Of a DNA stretch of 57,452 bases, positions 12,407-24,816 are shown piece after piece. The stretch is from Octopus sinensis (lineage: Eukaryota): NCBI RefSeq assembly GCF_006345805.1, contig NW_021835003.1, positions 1 to 57,452 on the forward strand. The letters run 5' to 3'. Numbering within the stretch: position 1 is the stretch's first letter; every line of letters begins with the position of its first letter. The position numbers and the translations under genes were made by a program. Under the pieces are notes generated by a model. That model was not told the DNA's origin and ran no database searches. It saw only the letters and a list, made by a program, of their open reading frames with translations.

Positions 12407-12419
12407 TTATATATAAAAA

Positions 12420-12725
12420 TACAAAATGGGACAAGAACGCAAAACCCACAAAGAGACGACACAAAAAACGGACGGGTCATTCGAAGCCTCTAATCTTCAG
12501 TCAGGAACCGGATCATCCTAGCAATTTCGACTGATTAATCCTGATATCGCTCCGATCCGGCCAGCCCCAAGGAAAAACTAAGCTGCGAGCATTAGATTTC
12601 TTGGAAAAAGGATCGAATGTATACGAAACAAGGACAGAAAAACGGACGATGCCACACGAATATAAATACAAAAAAACAAAAATAAAAAACAAGAATAGTG
12701 ATAACAGGACAAAAACAGCGGGTGT
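12420..12725 (-). mobile_element. Unclassified repeat fragment, possibly Penelope pLTR-like
   Basis: CTGAAGA and GAAA motifs on minus strand without a clean hammerhead fold. Confidence 0.25.
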
Positions 12726-12921
12726 CTTACGACTTTAGACTATATTTCTTCACGATCTGAATTTAAATCTCAACGAAGTTGATTTCATTTTATATTTCTT
12801 CCGCATCAGTAAATTAAATAATATTAAAATTCTGATATCGAAAGCGATACAATCGCCTTTCCTTTTCTCCATCCGTCACAATTTAAGTTTTATACTTAAG
12901 TTCGAAATCAATATGATCATA

Positions 12922-13357
12922 GGCGCAGGAGTGGCTGTGTGGTAAGTAGCTTGCTTACCAACCACATGGTTCTGGGTTCAGTCCCACTGTGTGGCAACTT
13001 GGGCAAGTGTCTTCTGCTATAGCCCCGGGCCGTCCAATGCCTTGTGAGTGGATTTGGTAGACGGAAACTGAAAGAAGCCTGTCGTATATATGTATATATA
13101 TATATAATATATATATGTGTATGTGTGTGTGTATGTGTTTGTGTGTCTGTGTTTGTCCCCTAGCATTGCTTGACAACCGATGCTGGTGTGTTTACGTCCC
13201 CGTAACTTAGCGGTTCGGCAAAAGAGACCGATAGAATAAGTTCTGGGCTTACAAAGAATAAGTCCCGGGGTCGATTTGCTCGACTAAAGGCGGTGCTCCA
13301 GCATGGCCGCAGTCTAATGACTGAAACAAGTGAAAGAGAGTAAAAGAGAGTAAGGAG
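12922..13357 (+). mobile_element. SINE A
   Basis: Family consensus. Confidence 0.9.
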
Positions 13358-13889
13358 TATAGTTTGTATATTTTTTCTAAAAACCAAATATTCCTTTGCC
13401 TGACACATATCGGCAGGTTTTTTTAATTTGTCGCTGTTAAACAACTACAGGGGTCCAAAATGACCCCACTCCCTACTCTCAATATGCCACAGATCCATTA
13501 AAATGAAGTGTTTTAATTCATTCGTTCAAAATTAATTTTCAAATCCAATCATGTTCAATCTAAATTAGGTTGCATCCGCGAAATTCTAATATCAGTTTTG
13601 GTTTCAGCAGAGTAAATTTACACAACAATCAAAAATATAAAATAATAATAATGCAAACAGAACATTTTCCATTACCAATGCATCTCAATATTTCCATTTC
13701 TGTTTTTAAAGAACGCAAATTGAGATTTTAAAAAGAAAAAAATTAATTTAGAATGAAAATAACATTTTTCACGTTTGATATTAAAATCATGCAGATAAGG
13801 AAATAAATATTAGTTAACCATTATGTGTCCGTTGACCTGCTCGGTTCCGAATCTACATATACGCTGTATCAGTGAGTGTGTATATATGG

Positions 13890-14160
13890 ATCCATATCAC
13901 GAGACTGAGCAGGTTATCAGATGTTGATACACACCGCTGGTCACAATGCGCTTTTGCATTGTTTTTAGCTTTCACATGACGCCCCCTCGCTGGCTGGGCG
14001 AGATGGTCAACATCTCCACCGGATTGAAAGGGGGTACTAGAACAACGTGAACTGAGGTGTTTTGGTCAAGAACACAACGCACCGCCCACTCAGGGATGGA
14101 ACCTACGATCTAGCGATCGAAAGTGTAATAGCCTAACCACTAGGCCTCGTGCCTTCACAT
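13890..14160 (-). mobile_element. Old SINE, E-type head with tail 2
   Basis: C/E-like tRNA head; tail matches 32040-32150. Confidence 0.6.
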
Positions 14161-14193
14161 TTCTTCATATTTCTCTCTCTCTCACTCACTCAC

Positions 14194-14268
<75 letters not shown>

Positions 14269-14272
14269 GCAT

Positions 14273-14705
14273 GCACAGGAGTGGTTGTGTGGTAAGTAGC
14301 TTACTTACCAACCACATGGTTCCAGGTTCAGTCCCACTGTGTGGCACCTTGGGTAAGTGTATTTTACTATGGCCTCGGGCCGACCAAAGCCTTGTGAGTA
14401 GATTTGGTAGACGGAAACTGAAAGAAGCCCGTCGTATATATGTATATATATATATATATATATCTATATTAATATATATGTATGTTTGTGGTCTGTGTTT
14501 GTGCCCCTCCCCCATCGCTTGACAACTGATGCTGGTGTGTTTACGTCCCCGCAACTTAGCGGTTCGGCAAAAAAGACTGATAGAATAAGTACTAGGCTTA
14601 CAAAGAATAAGTCCTGGGGTCGATTTGCTCGACTAAAGGCGGTGCTCCAGCATGGCCACAGTCAAATGACTGAAACAAGTAAAACAGTAAAAGAGAGTAA
14701 GAGTA
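14273..14705 (+). mobile_element. SINE A
   Basis: Family consensus. Confidence 0.9.
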
Positions 14706-14873
14706 TATATAAAACAAAGTTATTTTATTTCACACGGGTAGAAATATAGGAAAAAATAGTTGAAAACGCTCTAAAAATACTTGAAATATTTTTATCAAAA
14801 TATTTAAAGCCTTAACCGGTTTCAGTTCACAGTGATTTTCAAAAAATTCAAATAGAAAGACGTGGCCTATGTA

Positions 14874-15658
14874 TATTTCTTTACTACCCACAAGAGGCTA
14901 AACACAGAGAGAACAAACGAGGACAGACAAACGAATTAAGTCGATTATATCGACTCCAGTGCGTAATTGGTACTTATTTAATCGACCTCAAAAGGATGAA
15001 AGGCAAAGTCGACCTCGGCGGAATTGAACTCAGAACGTAACGGCAGACGAAATACCTATTTCTTTCTTTTACTACCCACAAGGGGCTAAACACAGAGGGG
15101 ACAAACAAGGACAGACAAGGGATTAAGTCGATTACATCGACCCCAGTGCGTAACTGGTACTTAATTTATCGACCCCGAAAGGATGAAAGGCAAAGTCGAC
15201 CTCGGCGGAATTTGAACTTAGAACGTAACGGCAGACGAAATACCTATTTCTTTACTACCCACAAGGGGCTACACACATGGAGGACAAACAAGGACAGACA
15301 AAGGGATTAAGTCGATTACATCGACCCCAGTGCGTAACTGGTACTTAATTTATCAACCCCGAAAGGATGAAAGGCAAAGTCGACCTCGGCGGAATTTGAA
15401 CTCAGAACGCAACGGCAGACGAAATACCTATTTCTTTACTACCCACAAGGGGCTAAACACAGAGGGGACAAACAAGGACAGACATACGGATTAAGTCGAT
15501 TATATCGACCCCAGTGCGTAACTGGTACTTAATTTACCGACCCCGAAAGGATGAAAGGCAAAGTCGACCTCGGCGGAATTTGAACTCAGAACGTAGCGGC
15601 GGACGAAATACCACAAAGCATTTCGCCCGGCGTGCTAACGCTTCTGCCAGCTCGCCGC
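14874..15658 (-). mobile_element. SINE B: head + 4 tandem ~184-bp units
   Basis: Unit junction GAAATACCTATTTCTTT at ~15050, 15238, 15421. Confidence 0.9.
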
Positions 15659-15886
15659 TTTCTATGTCTCTATTCTTTCACGATCACAAAGTCACAGGTT
15701 CAATCTTAGGAAGAATGCTCTGTTGTCGAAAAAGAAGCATCCTATTTTCAGTTAAAATTTCTACTCAACCATTACGAGTACTAGTCAAGTACTGGTTCAG
15801 ATTCCAACTACCACGTCCTGCTCGTTTCGTTTGGCCATTTGTTTGATAGGTTAGAAAGTCTTTGTGACTGCTCGTTACTTTGTTTT

Positions 15887-16215
15887 TGGAAGCACTGCTC
15901 ATGAAATTAACGTGTAAGTGGCTGAGCACTCCACAGACACGTGTACCCTTAACGTAGTTCTTCGGGGATATTCAGCGTGACACAGAGAGTGACAAGGCCG
16001 GCCCTTGAAATACAGGTACAACAGAAACAGGAAGTAGAGTGAGAGAAAGTTGTTGTGAAAGAGTACAGCAGGATCACTACCATCCCCTGCCGGAGCCTCG
16101 TGAAGCTTTTAGGTGTTTTCGCTCAATAAACACTCACAACGCCCGGTCTGGGAATCGAAACCGCGATCCTATGACCGCGAGTCCGCTGCCCTAACCACTG
16201 GGCCATTGCGCCCCC
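15887..16215 (-). mobile_element. SINE C with 3' internal deletion
   Basis: 10-bp TSD GCTCGTTACT at 15870-15879 and 16216-16225. Confidence 0.9.
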
Positions 16216-16499
16216 GCTCGTTACTATATAGGTACTAAAAGTAATTACCAAAAGCATAGCACATACCAGTCAGTCATACTTACTTGCAAGTGACGGCTGT
16301 AATTGGGGTTTGAGGTGATGTGTCCGAAATAAAACAAATAGTACCGTAGATTTATTGTTGTTCTATGGAAATACTATCTGTCCAAGATATTGGATATATA
16401 TATACAGAGGCGAGGAAATGTGCGTTAATAACAAGATTGTAATCTAAACTCCATCAGTAATGCACCGATATATATGAAACACGAACTTATATGTACGTG

Positions 16500-16536
16500 C
16501 ATACGTACGTATGTATATATATTGTATGCATGTATG

Positions 16537-16568
<32 letters not shown>

Positions 16569-16648
16569 CATATGTGTGTGTGTATGTGTGTGTATATATA
16601 TATATCATATATACATTTATACATATATGCATATATATACACACATCA

Positions 16649-16709
<61 letters not shown>

Positions 16710-16826
16710 CCTACAACATACACCACACACACACACACACGCACAGTCTATGTGTATTATTCATTTCAAACTGAAATGAGTAAGATATACAGATATATAA
16801 GATATTCATTCATACATAGTATGTAC

Positions 16827-16884
<58 letters not shown>

Positions 16885-16905
16885 TATAATATATAGATAC
16901 ATATG

Positions 16906-16936
<31 letters not shown>

Positions 16937-16985
16937 GTATAAATATATATTTATATAAGTATCTGCGTGTGTGTATATGTATGTG
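16500..16985. repeat. Compound (TA)n/(TG)n/(TATC)n microsatellite
   Basis: Direct reading. Confidence 0.9.
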
Positions 16986-17556
16986 TGTGAATGTGTATGT
17001 ATGTATGTATAGTTTATTCAAAACTATAATAATAATGATAACGACACCAGGATAACAAATACATCGAAAAGTTTTGCCTTGAATCTGATGCTCCACCCTT
17101 ATTTTTTTCTCTCTTCTAGTTTTCTGTCTGACATACGACCAACAAGATGGAAGCTAAAAGAAAACATTTCTCCAACCCATTTCCACCGTTAAATAAATAC
17201 AGAAAACTATCCAAATACTTTTCGCTCACATTGTTATTTATATATTCTAATATTTTCTTTGACACTCTGATGGAAGCATCGGTCTATATATATTCACTGA
17301 ATATATATTCACTGAATATATATTACTTCTTGGTCATTGTTTTGCTCCGGGATTAACACATCAAATATATACACACACGTGCCAACACACGAAACTCTCG
17401 GGACTTGAGCCACTGGGTTGCTTCTGCTAAATATTAATAAAAGTATACATATACTCATATTTCGACTTCTACTTTACATGTTTGCATCTACATACATACA
17501 TACATACCACATAACATACTACACATGCTATCACCATCTAAGCATATATATATATG

Positions 17557-17610
<54 letters not shown>

Positions 17611-17633
17611 ATATATATAATATAATATCTATA

Positions 17634-17681
<48 letters not shown>

Positions 17682-18377
17682 ATTGAAGAAATGGAGTTGA
17701 ACGAAGATTGAACAGAAATCGTTTTATTTCATTCTACACGTGTTTCGAAAGGCACAATTACCAAATTCCGATTGAATAATGAGACCATATTGTGTCTTTC
17801 TCTCTTCAGGAAGAAATAGGAAATCCGTTGGAAAAAACAAAAACAGAACAGAGGAGCGGAGCAAAACAAATCGAACTAGGCTCCTAAGAGCCCATGGCCA
17901 AACTGTTTGTCAGTGTATGTTGAAAACGGGTGGTGGGTGCGTTGAAGATTTTAACGGGTCAGGCAGCGGTCATTTCGGTGGGTGAGGGCACGGGGTGTGT
18001 AGATGTTCTTTGTGACCGAGAGTAAAGTTCTGACTATTTAAAGAATATTATATGTATTATATAATACACTGATGGTAACGTTTACCTCCACACAAGATAA
18101 AACGGCAAACTGTTCAGTCTGCCTTGATTGAGAGCGAAAACCGAAGTACGAAAACCAGAGACATACTATTTGCATATTATTCGCCACTCGGTGGAGCAAC
18201 TGTAACGCCTCATGGAGAAAAGGCTCACAAGAGCTTTTCAAAACTTCTACTTGACCATAAGTCTTGAGAACAACTGTACTGGACAAGGGTATTGAGCCCT
18301 CATCTACCACACCATTTACAAATGTGAGAGAGATGTAGCCCACAAGTTTACATACATCTGCTCTAAATACCGAACAT

Positions 18378-18710
18378 TTTTTCCCAACCATTTAAAAAAA
18401 ACCTATGGGCCCCTTTGATTACTATTTTATTCTGGTGGACCCCTACAGTCACTCAATGTTTAAAAACTAGTTTTATAGATATATCTTTTAAAATTCCTAT
18501 TTTGTTTATCACACCTTAACTTGTTTAGGCTGAACTATGTAAACCGCTAGAGAAAGAAAACTACCTGTTTCTTGCCAGAAATATACCTAAAGCAAAATTT
18601 CTTCGTGGACCCACAAAATATTACTGAGGACCGAATTTACTAGTTCGCTTGTATGGACACCCGAAAATCCTACATGGACCGCCAGATGTCACATGGACCC
18701 TGGTTGAGAT
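18378..18710. mobile_element. Possible hAT-type MITE remnant
   Basis: Repeated TGGACCC subterminal motifs; CCCAACC start and GGTTGAGA end. Confidence 0.4.
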
Positions 18711-18725
18711 AAACGTTACTTCATC

Positions 18726-18959
18726 TGTTTCTTTACTACCCACAAGGGGCTAAACACAGAGGCGACAAACAAGGACAGACAAAGGGATTAAGTCGATTAC
18801 ATCGACCCCAGTGCGCAACTGGTACTTAATTTATCGACCCCGAAAGTATGAACGGCAAAGTCGACCTCGGCGGAATTTGAACTCAGAACGTAACGGCAGA
18901 CGAAATACGGTTACGCATTTCGCCCGGCGTGCTAACGTTTCTGCCAGCTCGCCGCCTTA
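18726..18959 (-). mobile_element. SINE B, one unit
   Basis: Perfect 17-bp TSD ATAAACGTTACTTCATC at 18709-18725 and 18960-18976. Confidence 0.92.
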
Positions 18960-19034
18960 ATAAACGTTACTTCATCGCTAGCTAGATTGACAATAAGAGT
19001 CTGGAGAACAATAGTGTGCTAACAACGCACACTA

Positions 19035-19218
19035 ATGATGCGCTTTGCATCCTTTTAGACATCAAATGACACCACCCCGCTGCCAACACCACCCCCGCAG
19101 GCCAACACTCCCCCTTGATCGAAAGAGGATTGGATCGGAAGGGGACACAACGATCTAGCATCCACGATCTAGCGATTCTGAGTGCAAGAGCCTAACCACT
19201 TGGCCATGCGCCTTCACA
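19035..19218 (-). mobile_element. Old SINE with tail 2
   Basis: Degenerate head at 19170-19218; tail-2 motif at 19045-19085. Confidence 0.5.
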
Positions 19219-19327
19219 CGCGCACGTACACACACACACACACACACGCACACGCACACACACACACGCACACAGACACACACACACACTCACACACACA
19301 CACACTCACACACACACGTACACAGAC

Positions 19328-19378
<51 letters not shown>

Positions 19379-19379
<1 letters not shown>

Positions 19380-19520
19380 GACGGGCTTCTTTCAGTTTCC
19401 TTTTGCAAAATCCATAAACCAAGGCATTAATCAGCCTGAGTCTATAGCAGAAGATATTTGCCCAAGATTCTACGTAGTGGGACTGAACCAGGAACCATGT
19501 GCTCAAGAAGCAAACTTCTT
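19379..19520 (-). mobile_element. SINE A 5' fragment, diverged
   Basis: Head and core similarity. Confidence 0.7.
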
Positions 19521-19893
19521 ATATATATCTGCTAAGTGTGCCATCATGAAAATATTTCAAATATTAAAATCACTACGAACGAATTAGTGTCATACAAATA
19601 TCTATTGAAACCTTATAATTAATACTATGAAAATGTCCAATGTGTTTTAATCTGATGCCCGGAGCAAAAATAACAAATGATCCTTCAAACATCCACCACC
19701 ATCGTCAACCTACTCATATACAGACATGTTGGCAAGCTAATTATGAAGATAATACATGAAATTTAATTGGAATATATATCAAATCTTATGGCAGTAGTTA
19801 ATGCTTTATAGGAAATATTGCCCGTGCTGTGCCCAACAAACAATCTTTACTTCCAAACCGAAGTGAATAAATTATTATTCGTTTATATGTGAA

Positions 19894-20295
19894 CTAGCAG
19901 TATCGCCCGGCGTTGCTCGGGTTTGTAAGGGAAATAACTATATAAGCATTTTTAGAGATGTAAAGTATTGTAGCCATCTCAATATGGCTAACCACAAAGG
20001 GGTGGGTGGGTGTTACTGTAGCTTTTTACGTTCTGAGATTTAATAATAAATCTTTAGAGAGTTACTTCCCTTATATATGCCAAAAATGCATTAAAAATGG
20101 GAAAAATTGATGGTAAATTTTTTTTTAAATCGTAGACTCATCGTAGACGCGCGCTAATACCCAGAAGGGCTCGATATGAATCACGACTATAAGATACCCG
20201 GTTTTGGTTAAACTGCACCGCAAAATGTGGGAGTAGTTAGGAATCTCAATCGTAGGAGACAGACACACAACTTCACTTTTATATATAAATATATA
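19894..20295 (-). mobile_element. Non-autonomous Helitron, same family as 11899
   Basis: A|CTAGCAGTATCGCCCGGCGTTGCTCGGG end; shared 5' block. Confidence 0.85.
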
Positions 20296-20407
20296 TAATC
20301 TGAATATAGAAGCTAGGGGTTCCGAAGAATTGCTGTCCATAATTATCCTCTTTCTCTTTGATTTTCAAAGAGATATTTGCATCAGCTGGATAACTGACTT
20401 CTGTAAA

Positions 20408-20890
20408 TATTTCTTTACTGCCCACAAGGGGCTAAACATAGAGGGGACAACAAGGATAGACAAAGGGATTGAGTCGATTACATCGACCCCAGTGCGTAAC
20501 AGGTACTTAATTACGAAAGGATGAAAGGCATAGATATACAACAGGGCTAGTTAGACCCCCAATATACAACTGATACTTATTTTATCGAATCCGAAAGGAT
20601 GAAAGGCAAAGTCGACCTCGGCGGAATTTGAACTCAGAACGTAACGACAGACGAAATACCTATTTCTTTACTGCCCACAAGGGGCTACACACAGAGGGGA
20701 CAAACAAGGACAGACACACAGATTAGGTCGATTATATCAACCCCAGTGCATAACTGGTACTTATTTAATCGACCCCGAAAGGATGAAAGGCAAAGTCGCC
20801 CTCGGCGGAATTTGAACTCAGAACGCAGCGGCGGACGAAATACCGCAAAGCATTTCGCCCGGCGTGCTAACGTTTCTGCCAGCTCGCCTT
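20408..20890 (-). mobile_element. SINE B, two or more units inside one TSD pair
   Basis: 17-bp TSD TAACTGACTTCTGTAAA at 20391-20407 and 20891-20907. Confidence 0.92.
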
Positions 20891-21364
20891 TAACTGACTT
20901 CTGTAAAGGCACACACTTTTCTCGTCTGTCAAATAACAATATCCAGCATATTATCTTTACACTTGACAGAAGTTTAATGGGAATGTCCCACCGATATTCT
21001 TTGTGTAGATGTTTATGTATATATTCAATAACAGGGAGATTCTCTATATTTATTCCAACATAGTCTTCTTTTGGGATAGCCTTGCTGTTGCGACAGCGTC
21101 ATGTTGCAAATGGGGGGTAGGTAGTAGGTTGATGACAATTTTGTGGGAGCTGCTAATCACATACATGTATGATGTCTTCCACTGAAATATGACAATCTAC
21201 ATTCTCGGTTGCATCCTGGGTCTCCAAGAACTTCTTTGCCTCTTGTTTATTACATACTTGGTAGCAATCCCCTGTTCTTGGATTGCAAATGCGTAGCCTT
21301 CAAAGTGTGAGGTGATGTAACGGTTACGAGCTGCACTTCATGTCGATATCATTGCCTTCTTCAG

Positions 21365-21583
21365 GGCGGCGAGCTGGCACACCGGGCGAAATGCTTAGCG
21401 GTATTTCGTCTGCCATTACGTTCTGAGTTCAAATTCCGCCGAGGTCGACTTTGCCGTTCATCCTTTCGGGTTCGATTAAATAAGTACCAGTTATGCACTG
21501 GGGTCGATATAATCGACTTAATCCCTTTGTCTGTCCTTGTTTGTCCCCTCTATGTTTAGCCCCTTGTGGGTAGTAAAGAAATA
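21365..21583 (+). mobile_element. SINE B, one unit
   Basis: Family consensus. Confidence 0.9.
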
Positions 21584-22329
21584 AGTATAATAAGTATTCT
21601 TTCCAAACTGTATGTAGCCACGATACCTTAAAGTTGAAATATTTTTATCATTCCAGATTTTAGACCAGAATGATTCAAGATCTTGAGAGGGGCCTTTCTT
21701 AACAGTAATGTTTTACTCCTCCATCTCTCTGTATAATGCCTGTGAAATGGAAGCAAATTTGTGGTTCATACTGGCACGTTCAAAGCTTTGCCTGCGGTAG
21801 CGGAGTTTTTCGCTCAGCATTCTGGGTTCGTGCTCTAGAGAAATTAGCTTTCCCTCAAGATCTCAGTGTAAAGGATCACCATAGACTTCTGCTTTTTTTT
21901 TGCATAAAATGTAACTGGTTACATCAATTTTCTCCTTTCATTTTATTATCCTGATTAGCATTCAATATGGCGACAGAGATTCTTGATGCTTTCTTCAAAT
22001 TTTGTTTTCCATGTAGGCTGCTTCCGTTTAATTTCATAACCATGATTTCTCTCAGGCGTTCTATAAGAGTGATAGCAGCTGTGTATATGAGGGTATTAAT
22101 ATTTCAGTAATTAACATCACATGATTCCTTGTGCTCTCCAGTAACATCGTCAATAACTAAACATATTAGAGCAGCTGAATTTTTCCTTAATCTTGTTGAA
22201 AATAGCCTGTCGCTGAAAAATGTTTTCGAAAAATTTGAAAAGTGTTTTACGAACTATGGTGTCAAGATATTTCTAAGCTTCACACGGAAATTTAGTGATG
22301 GCAGCAGCGATTTGTTTATATTATTTTCG

Positions 22330-22650
22330 ATCACTCTTCTGGCAGAGAGAGAACATTCCAGATCCCCACCCGAATAAGCCTCCTCAGATTGAACTGAGAT
22401 TTTCTACTCTTGATGGATTGCGCTTTTGCACCGTTCAGGCGACAACCCGTCCTGTTTTTCAGGGGCGTTTTCCCCATTCGGCGGAGGGAGGTTCTGATGG
22501 CTTTGCCAAAGTGGCTTCATGTAACGTACCTTTTAGACAGTTGATGTATTTCTTCGGAGGAGAGCATTTTGGTGGTTAGTAAAAGAGGATGCTGATGAGG
22601 ACTTTACGAGGTTGGCGTGCAGATCCTACCTCAACCTCTTTTAGTCGCCT
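22330..22650 (-). pseudogene. RTE-like LINE 5' fragment (start of APE endonuclease)
   Basis: NLRRLIRVGIWNVLSL. Confidence 0.55.
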
Positions 22651-23145
22651 TTTATGATACTCAGAGTAGACCTTAGGCCTATTCTTTGGCATGCCGGTTC
22701 CCACATAGGAGGTATCTTGCAGAGATGGGAACTAACTAATATTCTGCTCGACAGTTCGCCCAGGAGGATCTCGAAATATACTAACAAATGCATCAACGCG
22801 CTACAACGGCGCATGCGCACAAATCCGTCCTTCTGGCAGATTTTGGCAAGTTCTCAATGTTTTGAGAAGATCGGTTAGCATCACGAAAGCAAGACATTTG
22901 TTTCAAAGAAAGATGCATGTTGCCGAAGCTGTTTCGCAGTAAAGTTGTTTAAGTTGGAACGAGTTTCGTCCCAGAATATTTTTAACTCATTCTTACACCC
23001 GATTTCTACAAGATTTTTCGTGGCACCGAAGTAAATTTTGATTTTTGATGTAAAACTCAAGTATTAGGTTGTCAAGAAAGTTTTTGCGGTTTTTAACCTT
23101 TAAATTCAGATGCACATATCTCGGCTCAAACAAAACTTTATTAAT

Positions 23146-23242
23146 CTAGGCTTACAAAGAATAAGTCCTGGGGTCGATTTGCTCGATTAAAGGCGGTGCT
23201 CCAGCATGGCTACTGTCAAATGACTGAAACAAGTAAAAGAGT
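23146..23242 (+). mobile_element. SINE A 3' fragment inserted at mariner stop codon
   Basis: Tail consensus. Confidence 0.85.
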
Positions 23243-24244
23243 AATCGAAATAAACACCATCAGAATCAACACACTTTTGCCAAAGCGAAGCAAGTTTATT
23301 TATGCCAGTAGCGTAAAAATCCTGCGTTCTTTGGCGATGAAGTCGTTGAAGGTGTGTTTGGCATTGTCTTGGTTTATGAAGCATTTCTCGCGCAGGAAGT
23401 TGTCAAGATGCTTGAAAAAGTGGTAGTCGATGAGGGGTCTGGTGAATATGAAGGATGAGGCAGAGTTTCGTAGCCCAATTCGTCTAACTTCTGCAGGGTC
23501 AGCTGTGCGACGTGCGGCCGAACGTCGTCGTGGAGAAGAATTGGTCCTTTTCTATTGACCAATGCTGACTGTTGTTGTCGGAGTTTCTTATGCATTTCAT
23601 CCATTTGCTGACAGTACTTCTCTGCTGAAATGGTTTTGCCTGGATCCAAAAAGCTGTGATGGATGATACCGGCGGCAGACCACAAAACAGTCACCATGAC
23701 CTTCTTTTGGTGCAACTTTGGCTTCGGGAAGTGCCGTGGAGCTTCGTCGGCGTCCAACCACTGAGCTGAGTATCGCTGGTTGTCGTAAAGAATCCACTTT
23801 TCATCATAAGTCACAATCAGGTCGAGAAACGGGTTGTTCTTATTGCGTAAAAGAAGGGAAGACGACACTTCAAAACGGCGTTATTTTTTTTTGGTTGTCG
23901 TTGTATTCGTGCGGCACCCATTTCTCAAGTACTTTTGTTTTTCCAATCTCTTTCAAATGATTGGAAATTGTCGTATACGTTACGTCTAATTCAGAAGCAA
24001 GGTCTCGAACAGTTGTGCGTGGATTGGCTTCGACAGAGGCTCTTAGTTGATCGTTGTCAACATCCGATGGCCGACCACTACGCTTATCATCTTCAAGACT
24101 CTCGTCACCGCTACGATATTTTTTGAACCACCATTGTGGATGTTCCTGGGCCAAATGCATCGTTGATATCAGAGCTGTTTCAGCAGCTTTTCAGCCTAGC
24201 TTGAACTGGAATAAGAAGATTGTGTGAATTTGCTTTTTGTCCAT
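23243..24244 (-). pseudogene. Mariner transposase remnant
   Basis: MDKKQIH..FKLG*; RSGRPS; WVPHE; [11 protein letters not shown]; LLHDDVRPH; HPSYSPD; CVDSDGVYFD; stops and frameshifts. Confidence 0.92.
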
Positions 24245-24377
24245 GTTGTATCCAACGTTCAGCAAAAAATGGCTTAATTATTCAAAAAGGAAAAGAATAA
24301 CACGATTAGATAGAGCGAAAAACGGGCTTTAAAATGATATATAAACCCAAAGTACATTATTTACATTATTCACATTA

Positions 24378-24508
24378 TTTTCATTTGTCCTCTTCTTGTT
24401 TGTTGTTAACACAACGTTTCAGATGATATACCCTCCAGCCTTCTTCAGGTGTCCTGGGGAAATTTCGAACCTGGGTTCTCATTCCTAAGGTATTTTTCGA
24501 TGTTGTTG

Positions 24509-24554
<46 letters not shown>

Positions 24555-24669
24555 CATAATCATCATCATCATTATCATTATTATCATTGTTGTTCAGGTC
24601 ACAGCGTGAAATCGAACTCGGAATCTTGGTATTAGTAGCCCGCGATCTTAACCACCACGCCATATGCCC
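24378..24669 (-). mobile_element. SINE family F: tRNA head + (TAA)n + hammerhead-bearing tail
   Basis: A-box TGGCGTGGTGG, B-box GAGTTCGATTTC; tail also at 26120, 27808, 40985. Confidence 0.75.
24408..24453 (-). ncRNA. Minimal hammerhead-like motif
   Basis: GACAC-CTGAAGA-A-GGCTG..CATCT-GAAAC-GTT-GTGTT; stem II has a mismatch. Confidence 0.6.
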
Positions 24670-24766
24670 ACGGGCGTAGTGGTTAATAATAATAATAATA
24701 ATAATAATATAATAATAATAATAATAATAATAATGAAATAATAATGATGATAATAATATAATAATA

Positions 24767-24799
<33 letters not shown>

Positions 24800-24816
24800 G
24801 AATAATAATAATAATA

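Larger units (their letters stand above)
20910..23040 (-). pseudogene. Old R4/Dong-like RLE LINE remnant, RT core deleted
   Basis: NTLIYTAA..PTWK..; ESFWSKIW; HFEGYAFAIQEQ.IATKY; EDIIHV; HKEYRWDIPIK; interrupted by SINE B and an RTE fragment. Confidence 0.65.
23064..24330 (-). mobile_element. Mariner (DD34D) transposon, decayed
   Basis: TA|TTAGGTTGTCAAGAAAGTTTTTGCGGTTTT TIR at 23064; other TIR disrupted. Confidence 0.85.

Noticed and set aside
14874-15658. CRISPR-like or satellite array
   Set aside because: No unique spacers; contiguous SINE units in eukaryotic context
17715-17780. Hammerhead-like GAAACACGTGTA on minus strand
   Set aside because: No CUGANGA core upstream
18038-18391. 117-aa ORF
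   Set aside because: No recognisable motif on either strand
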